DNA of 64,000 bases from Hydrolagus affinis. Lineage: Eukaryota. Positions 50,701 to 64,000 of this stretch are shown piece after piece (the stretch's first letter is position 1; each line of letters begins with the position of its first letter). The position numbers were made by a program, and so were the translations under genes. The stretch lies in the NCBI GenBank assembly GCA_012026655.1, contig JAAILG010001044.1, forward strand, positions 1-64,000, given 5' to 3'. The notes under the pieces were generated by a model. It saw nothing but the letters and a program-made list of their open reading frames with translations, was not told the DNA's origin and did not search any database.

Positions 50701-51751
50701 GCCAAGGTGCTGCTGTGGAGCTCAATGGGTGAAGATGCTTGTTGCCCCAGAATTTTTTTTCCCTTAATTAAACAAAGCCAATGGTGTGTTGCTTATTATT
50801 AATCACAATGTGCAAATATTATAGGTCGTTTTCCACATGATCAACTCTTTTCTAACTTCATTGTCCTTATGTCCCGGTGAACATGAATTGATATAAATGT
50901 TCCCTACACCCATCTCTATATATCTTACTTTGAAATTTCCTTGAACAAGAGCACAGCATTGGAAAATCTACCGAAACAGTCACCCTAAATGTCTCCTTTC
51001 TATTCCATCTACTTCCCGATGTTATATCACAGTTTCAGTTTTTCATCCTTACTTGGAATCATCAATAGAATTCACACAAGATGTATCTTACCGCAGAACC
51101 TCTTTCAATACTTCAATTCAAATGTCGCTTTCTTCCCACACACCCAAATTCCATTTAACCTTTTAGCACTCCTCGGCACCTGACCTAAAATAAATTGTCA
51201 TTCCTCCAATGCAAAAACAAATTCATGAAGTTTTTAATTAATCTGTCCTACTTCCTTCTAATCTCAATATTGAAATCCACTTTAATTAATGTTTTCTCCA
51301 ACACATCTATTTTCTAGATTTCAAAGCTTCGGATATTACCATATCAGCTTTATTAACATTTGCTGAACATTTCACTAATTATATATCAACAAAAGTATAT
51401 AATTGTGACAAACAGCGGCTGTTATTAATGGGCATATTAATATGGGCAGACAAAACAAGGTAAATATAGAGGCAACAGCAATGTGAATAAAAGTATAATT
51501 TACCTGTCAAGCTGTCAGGAGAAAAGTAATTGTGCATTATATAATATTTGATAAAAGGGAGCTTCACGATGTACTGAGGATTCCGTGCAATGCATTGCAT
51601 TTTCACCTTATGCCTGTTTAGTACTCTATGATAATACGCAATATAAAAAGAAAGATATTTGGTTGAGTTAGTGAGGTGGTATCAGAGTGTTTATTGATTC
51701 ATGAATAAGGTACACAAATGGATACCAGAATTGCCACTTTCAAAAGGAACC

Positions 51752-51865
51752 TTTTCCGACGAAGAGTCTCACCTGAAACGTTAACCTATCTTTCTCTTTC
51801 AGATGCTGATCCACCTGCTCTGCATTTCCAGCATTTCAGATTTCCAGCTTCTGCGGTTCTTTTCA
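51752..51865 (+). mobile_element. Short chondrichthyan interspersed repeat, probably Penelope-like terminal repeat
   Basis: gacgaagagtc...ctgaaacgttaac...cagatgctg...cctgct...tttccagcatt; a more decayed copy lies at 7076-7165. Confidence 0.6.
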
Positions 51866-54504
51866 TCTCTTCAAAAGGAAGCCAATGTTTGATGCAAAGC
51901 AGTCACTTAAGAATTTATTTAAAATCTAATAGGACTGGAAATTACTGAGATGACAAAATAGCACTGAAGCAGATGGACAGTCAAAAAACAGGCTTGTATC
52001 ATGACCCCCACCATTCCGAGGAAGATCCAAATGAATAAAAAATACTGTATTTTGTTTGATATTAGATAGAAATGATAATCATACTGCGCTGAACACAAAG
52101 CACAGCCTTTATTGCGCTACCTGTGTGGAGTTTGGGTTTATGCAACTGGGTTTATCTTCGATTTTAAGATGATCGATTATTCTCAACAGCAACATTTTTG
52201 TGAACACTTCACTCTAATCAGCGTATTTCAAATTCTGTGCAATTTCTCTGACCGGGGTTATGAAGTTTAAATGATACTGAGACGAATTCTAATTCCAGTT
52301 GCTGGAGGTGGTAAAGTCATTTGCATCTCACACTGCAAAACAATTAATTAAAAACATATATACAGTATATATCTGCTCCCAGCCAATGCGGTATAACAGT
52401 GTATGTATTTGTTAATGAAATTGGAAACCATTTAGAAACACACTGTAACAGACAAATTACACCCAAACAAACTAAATGGGATATGTAAACACACATTACC
52501 ACCACTGCCAGACTGCCTACAAACAGCAATTTATCGCCTGAAGATAAGCTGGAGTGTTGTTGGATTCCTTCAGCTCAAACCATTTATCCTAGCTCACCCC
52601 ACTTCTGCTGCCAGCCCAAGATGCTATCAGCTCTGTTGTGCAGTGTATTCCAGTAAGTGTCAAAATCGACCCGAGGGGGTCACCACTTCACATATCACGG
52701 CTTGCTATCAGCGGCTTGGGGATAAGAGCAATTTGCAAATCTCACCTCTGCTGAGACCTGTTATCATTTCAGATCATCGAGAACCAAAAGGTCCGCGCTA
52801 CTTTCAGGGTAGAGACCACTGCTTGTCATCATATGCTAAAACAAGCAGTTTCTGTTCTTGGCTTTTTTCCAGCTTTCAACTTTCAGTTCATTCAACGTGT
52901 TTTGGAGCTATTGAACATGGAATATGAATTGAATTACTACATAAACCGATCTTTGTTGAGATTTTAGCTTATGAATAACACACAACTGGCCAAACGAAGC
53001 AAGAGTAAGCCTAGGAAATGATTAAGATGTATAGAGCCATGCGTAGAATGCTTGGTAAGCGTGTATTTGCTCAACAGTGTTCATAAATGTATCATTTCTT
53101 TTAAAATAAGCAATGTTTTGTAAATTAAAGCAGTATTTCAGAATTCAAATGACAAAAAAACGTTTATTTGCTTTCATGCCCTACATATAATACAGCACAT
53201 TTCTAAGTCCAGTTTGAACCTTTCCTTTGTTTGTATCCAGGATACTATAGGATCATAGAGTTCATTTTATTTGTTGTCAACAAGGAAAAAAAAATAACAC
53301 TTCTGATCCATCCCTGTAACATCTCAATTAAGCATTTCTGACCTTCACAGATTAAAGCCCAAATGTCCATTTTATTACTAGTAGGAAAAAATGTGGGGAG
53401 GTGAAAACAATTAAATTGATCATTTTGGGGGGCAGATAGGCAATGGAGTAAAAGAAATAATTGTCATAATGGAAAACAAAATTATGTACTTCAGCCATTT
53501 GAAGTACTTAATTTTGCTTTTTATGCTGGCTCGTGTGAAGCAATTATGGAAGGTTCAATGTTTTGGGACAAATTATTTAATCCTCTTTTGTAGTCAGTGA
53601 CTGTCTTCCAACCAAGACAGTAGACCATCAATCTGCAAACTTTAGTTTTAAATAACGCCTAGGATTATTGGCCCAATGAACTCCATGCATGGTATATATT
53701 CTCAATCCAGGCTCACACGGCAAATGCTAGTGTGCATTCCAATCCCCAATTCTTCCTCAGAAAAAAATCACACCGAATGTGAAAGGAGAGCTCAATCCAT
53801 CACCAAGCTAAATGTAATATAGATGAAAAAGTTTGTGGACTTGACTTCCGCACTGCTCATAACATTATAAGTTTATCACACACATATTTTTACCTTGGTA
53901 CGTACAAGTAAAAATATTTTAGTGGAAAATGTATGTCACTAAAAATCGATATCTAGATATTTATTTTAAAAGTACATTTCAACAATGCAACCTACAATAC
54001 ATGGACTTCTCAAAAATGTACATTCACTCAAAAGAAAAGATTCCATTTGTCTTGCTTATTTCAGGTATGACAGAGGCTGATACATAACATTTAATATTAC
54101 ATTTAAATTTCACAAATAGAAGCATACACTTCAAGAAACTGGAATATACCGCTTGTAAACAGTTGCTATACTCAATCAGTATTTCTCACTAGCGTATGTA
54201 AATGAAAGAAAAAAAATCTTTGCTGACACCTAACATCAGGATACGGAACTGCACAACACAAAGGTTTCATTGGGGTTTATTCGAATTCCATTCTCCTTAT
54301 TTTCGTCAAGTCTTGTAAATTTTACCTATCCACCTTTCAATTTGAAAATCAGCATTTAAGCCTTTAACCTAATTTCTTGATGATGGACTTGATCGCTTCA
54401 GATTGGAGAATTGATGCTGCTGAAGGTAGTTTCTTCACTTTGTCCTTCAACATGAACCTTATTTTCTTTCTTCTCACACAGTGCTACAAAAATGTAATTT
54501 TGTT

Positions 54505-54652
54505 ATTGTTGGTCAAGGAGAAGGAATTAGAGGGATATAGGAGAAGATAGTAGGAGAGATGGAGGGAAGTTTGTGTGGGGCATAAACGCCAGCATGGACT
54601 GATTGGAACAAATGGTCTGTTTTCATGTCATACCTATCATTCTATGTAATTC
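54505..54652 (+). mobile_element. CR1 LINE 3' tail
   Basis: gagggatatagg...gcataaacgccagcatggactgattggaacaaatggtctgttttc...attctatgt. Confidence 0.65.
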
Positions 54653-57600
54653 CTTAAAAATCAGTCAAATTTTGGAGAGTTAGCCTTGAATGGAGAGTTT
54701 AGCTTTGTTTCACAGTTTGCCATTCAAATAACTCATTAATTTGCAGCTACATGATGCAAAACCTGCATCCCTTTGCAGCCTCCTCCTAATCCTTTGTCGA
54801 CTCTTGTGCAAAATAGCCACTTGCCACAGGTGAGTCGATAGGCCAGGAGCCTCTGCTGTGAAGTGAAGCTGGAGTTGCCTTGGTTTCAATCGATAGTTGC
54901 TCCAGTGAAAGAGCTGAGTCTGGCCTATTACCACGGTTCATGTCAGGGAAGCAGCAACCATTTTAACAAAGCTGGCCATATGTTAGAACAGACTTTCAAT
55001 GTCTGAGGACACAGTATTTAATGAGTCCTTGAGGAAATCCCTCAGAGAAACCTCCTTAGTCAACACTTCACTCTTCTGCTTAGGGTAACATGCTGTTGTC
55101 AGTGAGCCAGTTCTGTGGGCAGTACTGAAGTTGGCCGAGTTTCAGTGCTGGAATCTATGTGGATTAACACCTGGTCTCCAGCCAAGTACGCGTCTTTTTT
55201 AGACGGTGCCAGAGACCAAAACACCTCGGCCGGAGAAATCAGTTGAGCATCAGTTGGGGGACACTGGTCACATAGTAAGTACAGTAGGATTAGCAAACAC
55301 CACACCAAAGGCTTAATTTACCAAGTGTTGTCATTTCCGAATGATGCTGAAAATGATTTGTGAGGCCTGGAGCCGCTGACCGTCCAGCTGCGCAAGCAGA
55401 CAAACACAAGTCAGGCCAATGTACCTTTCAAAGAATTTTTTTATATATATATATAGAAAACAAAAGGAGCTCTCTGTTCAAAGTCAATTCTTCACCTGAC
55501 CTCAGAACAGAAGACTACTTCTGTACCTAAACTGTACCTTGAGGGGTCTCTGTGCTAAGATTTGAGCTCCAGGATTCTGGTTGTAAGAATGACCTTCACG
55601 TAGATAAGTCAATAAAGTCAGCCATGTCAAGCCTTTGTGCTAAGTTTCAAGCAGCCTCAAACTTCAAAACGTCAAGGAATGATGGAAGACCATGAAGCCA
55701 GGCATCGTGGGATTTGGTTGCCAGGGCCCAATGCAAATTTTATAACTAGGAGTTGTCTTGGGCTAGCAGCCATTTTGGGGTGAACCAGATATGGTCCAAT
55801 TGCAGAAAAAGGTGCAACAACCTCATATCAGTAGGCATTCTAGCAAGTCTATTTGCACTAGAATAAACCTGAAAAAGAATTTCTTCTAAAAGCCAAACTT
55901 CAAGAGAAGGTCTGAACTTTCTGTAACAACATGGGACATTATTCTGATATCAGGAGCAATTTGTTTTTAACACGGTGGCTCTATGTACACGACAGAAGGT
56001 GATTTGACTCCCATTGGTAATTTCTTAAAGGTACACTGTTTCAGATGACTCTTTTTTGGGGGGAGAGTACCACATGAAATAAATCTGGACTTAGACACAA
56101 GATGCTAGTGCAGAACAGGCATTAACTGGAAATCTTAAAATCCCTTCAGGGCAGCCCATGTAGAAATTAGAAATATTCACACTGGAGGTAATTTTCTATA
56201 GTTCAGTCTATGTCCCATTTTTGATGCTTTGCTTCGTACCTTAACCAAAGTGCAAGAAAATGATCCCAATTTAACAAATCAAATTGAAAAATTACCCAGC
56301 TTTTAAAACGTATGTGTATTTAAAAAAAACACTAAATTTAAAAAAAAAGCAATTTATTTTATCACAATCTGTATATCCAATACTGTACAAATTTATTCCT
56401 AGATATTTGTTATAAGAATGTGGGGAAAAGAACTGCAACAGATAGTGCGCAAACCTTGCATATAAGTGAGTACTCTGTCTGAATCAAGTTGTCCCCACAT
56501 CAGCACTAATGTGCAACCCTGAACTAGATTGCTTTCCTTTGATCAAAGCAATGATAATTGAGTCTGATGTCCTGTACAAACAGGGTATTACCTAGGGAAG
56601 TTGTATTTTGCAGATCCTGTAAAATGCTATAATTGATGGTTAGCAGTAAAATTTGCTTTCAAAAAATACATGCATTGAGAAAATATCTAGAAATCCAAAT
56701 ATTCAAGCAAGACAAACACAAACGCAATTAATCATCTACAACTATCTCAAACACAGCAATTTCATACTGATAATGTAAAAAGCAGCGGTAGAGTTTAATT
56801 CACAAAGACTAGTTTAAATGTTTGTTTGTCCTGTAAAAAAAATTACAAGTTTCCTATGTAGCGTTCATTGCTTACATGAACCAAGTGCAATATTGCTTTT
56901 ATTCCTTTTAAATGAAACCAGTTACAGCGAAGACTAGTCAAAATGATCTAAAAGCAATATTTTACAAAAGGATGAGTGCTGTCAACATTTCACTACAGCT
57001 TGAGATGAAAATTTGGATTTTTCTTCAGTTATATTCTCACTAACTAATTTACAGCAAAAGCTATTACGAGACAAAAAAAAACCTACTGTAAAACAATGCC
57101 TGTGACATCCCTTACAAGGATAGAATAGCACAAAATCAACAAAGCATCATCTGTATCATCTATTCTTCATCTACAAAAAGCATATACTGTCATAATTTAT
57201 GCTCGTACAATCATACACACACACAGATCAAGACAAGCAATATGAATTAAAATGTGTCCCTAACCAAAGTGCCTCACTCAATGCCATATGCATAGTAACT
57301 AGATGTCTGGAAATCAGCCAAGGTTCAGCTGCCAGGAAAAACTTTGTCACCTGCTTTGAACATCTGAAGTATGTTTACCCAATAGATTTCATTAAATTAC
57401 ATTTCCATTAGGAAGCATACAATGTTGATACTCGTCTCAGAGATAAAAGGAATGGCTAAGAGGCATGTCATTCAGCTCCCAGCTGATTGCAGTTTCTTGG
57501 CGAATCAAGAGAAGCAACTCGAACAATACTTTGTAAAGGCAGTGTCCCTAAGGATTGCAAGTTGAGTACTACAATACCATTAAAAAGGATCATTTAATTA

Positions 57601-58764
57601 AAACAAGCATGGATTGTTTTAAAATAATAACGTAATAAATCTGAATTTTCAATCGATTAAATAGGTATGCTTTCAAACCACTATTCTGCTAATCTAAATC
57701 TTACAATTATTTTAAATTGTTTACACTAAATATTCTGACTGCTTAAACAGTAAACACGTATGATTGATTTTAATTTGTCATTCATGTTGTAGTTTTCTTT
57801 CATCTTTAATTGCTAGCTGGGGATATTAACACAAGTGATAAATGCTGTGCATCAGAATTTTAAACCAGAGTAATCATCATTAATATCCATATTGTTTATC
57901 ATTTTACTTTGAAATTTGAATACTAACTAGAGCAATTAGAGAAGTTGCTCTATGCCAGTATTTTAAAAAGTGTTCAGTAAACAGACATTTAAAATGAATT
58001 TTAATGGATAAACTATAGTCAGAAAAAGCACTGGTGATGGAAGACAGAAAGTCAAGTACCTATACAACTACACTGTTACAGTGAGATGATGGGTTTGATG
58101 TCAGCCAATACCAAACTCCCAGTAGACATCGAGATATGTTGCTTCTTTCTTAATAGTTATTGCATAATCAGGAGAATCATATTGTGACATACTGTACAAA
58201 AATGAACTGCATGTAATGAAGCCAACCTCATCCCTAGAGACCATCAACATTTTTCTTTCACTCAGACACCTTCGAGTGATCAAACCGGTTAGCTTTGGTA
58301 TAATTGGTTCTATCCATCAGCACAGGGCTGACTACTTTACATTTGTCAGGGCTTATTGCTAGTTTTCCTTCAACGACCATCAATCAAGAATAGAGTTTTT
58401 TTTTAAACAGATGATCGGAAATAAGAGGTTTCAATATTTTATTTTAAATTGCTCAGGTTCTATCATTACAAAAATGATGAAAAAATTATCAAAAAAAAGA
58501 CAATTCAACCCGTGTGTTGGTAAGAAATTAAATACAAGATCACACTATTTTTCTGCACTGCAGAACAGATTGCCTCCAATTCGTATCCATGCGTTCTCTA
58601 CACACAGGAATATATTTCTGATCTGTGGAAGATGTTAAGCAAAGGCAAGGCATTTTCCCACAGTCAGATTAAAGAAAAAGGAAAGCCAGATGAATCACCA
58701 GTCCTGACTACATGTTTCCAGCATCAAGAGTAGCAGTGACAATATCTGGGAGAAGATCGCTTAA

Positions 58765-59013
58765 CGCCTTCTCAGTTGCTTCTGAACGTCTCAAAGCGCT
58801 TCACAGAATACAAAGTGAATTGACTGCATATTTTATGGGCGAGACATGGCAGTCAATTCTGCACAGCAGTGGATTTCAATTGTGGATTGAAATGGCCCAT
58901 TTATTATTATATTCGAGGGATTATTACCAGACGTGTGGAGTAAGGAAACTGCCTGGCATCGAACCTAGGTCTCTCGCTTGCAAGGCAAGTGCTCTAATCA
59001 CCGAGCTACAGGA
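58765..59013 (-). mobile_element. Main SINE, decayed
   Basis: Head, linker and part of the core and tail. Confidence 0.85.
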
Positions 59014-59759
59014 ATACATACCATTTTAAATTTGCTACTCGAATGGTAGGGGAACAGGGGTCAAAAACATGACCTATAATGCAACTCATAACAGAATCAA
59101 TATTGCATGACATGCGTTTAACCAATCACATGTTGTATCTCTTATTATAATTCATAATTCATGTTAAAAGCAAGTGTGTGTGCACCTGGTAAGCCAGATT
59201 GAACTCTGTTGAATAGACAACTTCAATAATGGCAATATGGAAGCACCTTCTGGCACCCCACCAATATCTGACTAGGCTGCCAGGTACAAGTGCCTCCTCT
59301 CAGCATTCAATATAGTTACTGAATTCAAAGGAAAGCCATACAACCAAAAATAAGATTTTATATATATATATATAGTGACCAAAAAATCTTTGCAATGTCT
59401 ACACAGTCTTAAAGAAATTATGATTTTTTTTAGCTAATAGGGTAGTTATCATGACTTTTTGATCACCCTGTAGGTACATATGTACTATATATAAATATAC
59501 AGTTATATTCTATCTTTATTTTATCTGTGTAAGCAAGTCTATTGCAAACCAGGTGATACTGTACATGTGAAAAGCTTTAGAAAATAAAAATTACATTTGC
59601 ATGACACTGATTTATGATAAATAATAATTACATTTAATTTAGTGCCTCGTGTCATCAAAATGCCTAACCACAATTGATTTTTATGATGATTCAATTCATT
59701 TCACACTCTCAGTACCCCAGTATCTCACACAACTGATAATTCTTTATCTGCAAGTCTGG

Positions 59760-60010
59760 ACAACATCAACAAAATTACATTTGTATAGCACCTTTCATGT
59801 TGGGAGGATGTCCCAAGACCCTGGACAGTCAATGTTTCAGACCCTGGTTGGGGCCGAGATCGGAGAGGGTGGAGGGGATTTGGGGTAACCGACTGGACCA
59901 TCAAAGAGGAGGGCCTTGAGGCGGGACTTGAAGGAGGCCAGAGAGAGGGTGAGGTGGAGGGATTGCGGGATGGAATTCCAGAGGTTAGGGGCAGAGTGGC
60001 TGAAGGCTCG
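59760..60010 (-). mobile_element. L2 LINE 3' end
   Basis: Translates to RAFSHSAPNLWNSIPQSLHLTLSLASFKSRLKALLF (L2 ORF2 C-terminus), then 3'UTR and tail. Confidence 0.9.
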
Positions 60011-61604
60011 CTTTAATTTATCCCAACCAGGAAACAACAACATGAGTCTGACACTGAGCCGGGGGGAGAGGAAGGGAGGAGATGACCGTAAGCATGATGA
60101 AAAGGGAAGGTCTTTAGAAACTATAACCAACTGCAGATTTCCCAAACAGTGTTCTGCCTAAGATCAGCTGCTTAGCACAGATCCTAAATCACACTTGCAA
60201 CTTTTCGATCTGTATGGCTTAATGCTGCAATGGGCAATGCCATTATCCACCAGAATACTCGGCTTGCCAATGGTATGCCCTTAATTGCAACATTATAAAA
60301 TGCAAAAGTTTCATCTTGGCTCATTTTAAATTCACAAACATTGAGCGTGCGTGTCTTATTATCATTACAAAAAAAAGCACCAGAGGTGTCAATTAATGCA
60401 ATAACTAATTGCATCAGACATAATGAATAGAAATGACAAAAAGCATTTTTTTTAAAATAGGAAAATAATTTAACCGCAGTCTGCTTTGGAGAATTTTTTT
60501 GTTAATCAATATCTGTGATGACATATCTGCCAGTCAACCACATTTAACCTGCATTCATTCCTTTACCACAAAGTAATGCTTTCAATCCCTTTTACATTTT
60601 AATTAATGGATAATGAAAAGTATAACTTTTACCATGCGGAACTTTCATGTGTGTTTCTCCTCAGCCCGAGGGTTGTAATGAAAGGAGCATGACCGCGATA
60701 TGTGCTGTTCCACTATCAATCCATGGAAAGAGCAAGCTGAATCAAGAACACCATTCAGAAAGTGACAAGCAAAATGTTAAGAAACAGTAATTTAGTACAG
60801 AAACACAGTACAGTACGTTCCACAACATCAAATTTGGTTCTTACATCGTTGAGTTTCCTTGGCTATTTCGCTGGTTGCGTCCAAGTGGTTAGGATTTGGG
60901 CCAAATTGTTGGTAAACGCAAAATTTGTGTGGCCCAAGGGAAGATTAAAATAAAGGATCCTTGCACATACAAAATAGTTTACACTCTCTGAATACGACTG
61001 CCAATTTCTGCCAAATCACAAGGAATCTTGCCTCGAATTTATTCCAATTAAAATGTGCGCAAGTACCCCAAATTATTTCACATGTGCCCCTTACAAACAG
61101 AATAAGTGTTACCAGTAAACCAGCCTCTCTTAACATTTCTATTTCTCTTATTTTCATTCATTCTCACATTTTTCTGTTACTTTCTTGCTTTCATTAATTC
61201 TTTTGACTGAGGGCAAGAGAATGTACCCATGCACGACCAAATGTATATTTATCCATCTCGACTGGATGGACGGACAGATAGAGACACAGAGGGACGAGAC
61301 AAAGTAAAAGAAAATATATAGGAAAAATGCAATTGTGAGAAAAAGGGAACGGATTACAGTATTCTGTATTGCAGACTTGAGGACCACACAGTCATGTTTT
61401 ATTGTTTAGAACACAAACAGCTTCCAGTTGGAATGTAAATTGTCAAAATGAATATTATAACAACTTTTTCATTATGGCCAGCAGGTTTTCATATAAAGCA
61501 CTATTTTTTTGAAGCCATTAAATATAGATGTTAAAAAAAATAGAGATTACATTCTTGGACATATGATATTCAAAAATAGGTAGTTAAAGAAAGTATACAT
61601 AACA

Positions 61605-61652
61605 ACATAATAATATTCCTTGCATTTGATATAGCGCTTTTCATGTCTTCTA
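61605..61652 (-). mobile_element. Main SINE tail only
   Basis: ccttgcatttgatatagcgcttttcatgtcttcta; other isolated tails at 9225-9255 and 45715-45772. Confidence 0.8.
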
Positions 61653-64000
61653 ATCAAGGGTTTCTAATCGACAAATTGTTCTGCTCACTGTGTTCAATAT
61701 GTTGTTACAGGTTCTTGGTTCAGCTGACAATCTATTTCAGATTGTTTTGTTGTTGAATGTATTCATGCTTCAGTTGTTGCTACAAGACATAAATCTAAAT
61801 ACTGTCGATTCCTTCATAAGGCTCTTTGATGTATCACAATCTCTAACCTGACAACATTGGTTTAGGGTTCCCACTTTAATAGTAATCCCATATAAGTCAC
61901 CCCCTTTAGACTGTTTTTAAAAAATATATTATTTCCACAGACAATACTGTATATAGACCTAATAAAGGCTTTCACATCTACCGAACTGGTAAACACAATT
62001 CTCGTTGTAACTAGCCCCCACATGTCCACAGAGAATAGCTGAGAACACCATCGAAAATAGCTGGTATACAAATTTCACCAACCTTTAATACATATCAAAA
62101 GTGTCAATTTCAATAAGTCGTTGACGAGCCTTATTTTATACTGTAGCTTCACGTGGAAAGCAGAGAAATCACTCGTCATAGTCAAGAATCGACATTCATA
62201 ATGAAAGGACCATGAAGATGTCAGCCCTTCAATCAAGCTCTTCTGCATTTCAGACATCAAGATCAATTTGTTATCTCGCCTCTGTCAACTGTCATGTCAG
62301 CCTGACGTATCTCGACATACAAATCTACTCCTCTACATGCAAACACATTTCTGTAATTGGAGCTCATTTTATCTAGTAAGGCAATATCTGAACACGCTCA
62401 TTGATGTTTACTGTGTTACAAATTTAGGATATGTAAACATTGAAGGTTAGAACCATTTGGAAGATAGGGCAGCCATCTCCTTGTATCTTTCCACACGCGC
62501 GAGAGAAAGAGAAACAACAAACAAAGGGTGCTCGTGGATTTGTGAAGGTTTTGATTAGATTTGTTTATCAATTTGATGCCAAAAAATACAGGAAAGAATA
62601 ACCATGCATCTCACATAACTGGAATGGGTAACCACTTTATTCTGTGACGGGCATGCGTGTACAGTCACATAATTTTGCTTTCTGGAAATAAACGAGAAGC
62701 AAAACGAAAAGGTTTCTGCTCGATGTGTAGTGTTTGGCTTTTAGTCGTAACAAATGTACTTCAAAGAAACCTATTAACAACTACAATACAGTAGTTTTAA
62801 AAGCGGGGCAAACAGCCTTGCTTTAAGATACAGACAAACTCTTGTATTTGCTAAATAGCACGTTACTCCAAAGTGAGATGTTATTTTTGTATTCTACTGT
62901 TTCTAATTCAAACAATCATTCCCGTGTGTGGTTCCGCAGGCATCAGTTGCCCTCTGGTAATTTGAAATTACCTCACTTATGTGAGCCCAGAAAAAGAGCA
63001 TCAGGAAGCATCATTATCTGAGTGCCATTCAACCATGGGAGGTAACATTGACAAACTCAATCCAGTTCTCATGTGATGGCCACGCATGCTCACTTTATAG
63101 CATGGTTCATCTACAGAAAACAGAACAACAGGGAAGCGACATGTTCACCCCAAGCAAGGGTTTAAAATTATATTTTTTTTGCAAAGAAAAAGCTAGAAAG
63201 GCTATCGGATAAAATTGACTCCCATCTTTTCACACATTCAATCTAAAAGGCACGCAGATTGTCGATAGCAGACATACTTAAATGCAGAACTTGTGTGACC
63301 TTGAGAGCCTTTTGAAAGCAATGTAAAAAACATTACACAAAGTCCATGAGCTATTGCAGTACCGTAGTTTCATTATCTGAAAACCTATTGTTGTCATTTG
63401 TAAAGCAAAAACTAGATACCCAACGTGCTTCTTTGAATCGTACCACAGAGTTTCTAAAGTGGCATGTCTCAACTACATTTCCTATCCAAACAATTGCTAT
63501 AGAATGGCTTACCTCATCTCACTGTGAAATTATTTGCTTTTCATGGTCCTTCTCCGATGAACAAATTTCATGCAGTTAGCCTAAGGAAAAATACTGATAC
63601 TGATAGCATTTTAAGAGTTAACTGTGCTGTACTATCTGATCAAGGTTGCTGCAGGCAAGTTCTACTTAACAATTAACCTTTAGGCTGCCAACATTCTGGA
63701 GATGTACTATAAATCCCTAATGTACTTTACATATGTATGATTGGAAAACTAAAGACAAATAGCCACTACCTACAAAGTAACATAAATGCCAGTTTAAAGG
63801 AAAGAGAAGGTTACAGATACCATCAAAAGTAATTACCCTAAGGTTCATGGAGAATGAACATCCACGGTTTATAACTCCCTGGTTTTAAAGATTATTTTTC
63901 AAGTTTTGTTTTAGTAATTATCTCTGCTTACAGCACTCCTTTGTGGGGCCTTGTAAATATCAATTTGCAGCAGCAGCAATGTGCCGAACAGATGTAATGT

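Noticed and set aside
54350-54455. Minus-strand short ORF MLKDKVKKLPSAASILQSEAIKSIIKKLG
   Set aside because: No similarity to VTI1A or any protein I recognise; adjacent to LINE tail remnants.
491-63579. The 60-136 aa ORFs in the supplied track
   Set aside because: Recurring peptides such as RNWLPRF and YSVKRFETS are SINE translations; the rest are LINE remnants or random. Only LIKLREE inside ORF 32301-32489 is real coding sequence, as a spliced microexon.
34635-64000. Search for upstream VTI1A exons (LEQMDLEV... and earlier)
   Set aside because: No match found by eye; probably beyond the window given the long intron.
1-64000. Prokaryote-type systems (CRISPR array, operon, prophage)
   Set aside because: The sequence is vertebrate intronic DNA with no regularly spaced repeats or dense ORFs.

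Overview
AT-rich vertebrate genomic DNA, most likely from a cartilaginous fish. The repeat content (a tRNA-headed Deu-domain SINE with an (ATT)n tail, plus L2 and CR1 remnants) suggests a chimaera such as Callorhinchus milii; this is an inference. The window appears to lie entirely inside the VTI1A gene on the minus strand. Three coding exons are recognisable: an 84-nt exon (34551-34634, KRSRIAYSDEVNLRNELLGDDGNTSENQ), a 21-nt microexon (32418-32438, LIKLREE, the neural Vti1a-beta insert) and an 85-nt exon (29694-29778, RALLLDNTERLERSSRRLEAGYQITVET). I did not find the flanking exons, consistent with very long introns on both sides as in mammals. The rest is about 27 SINE copies or fragments, LINE 3' ends, microsatellites and repeat-poor, motif-dense blocks. 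Those blocks look like conserved enhancers of the VTI1A/TCF7L2 regulatory landscape, but conservation cannot be tested here. None of the ORFs in the supplied track is a real stand-alone gene. I found no convincing novel multi-gene system. The strongest observations are the microexon and its splicing signals, TCF/MEIS motif clusters, a possible hammerhead remnant, ancient Deu-SINE relics and a perfect 18-bp inverted repeat. Repeat and enhancer boundaries are approximate; exon boundaries were read base by base.
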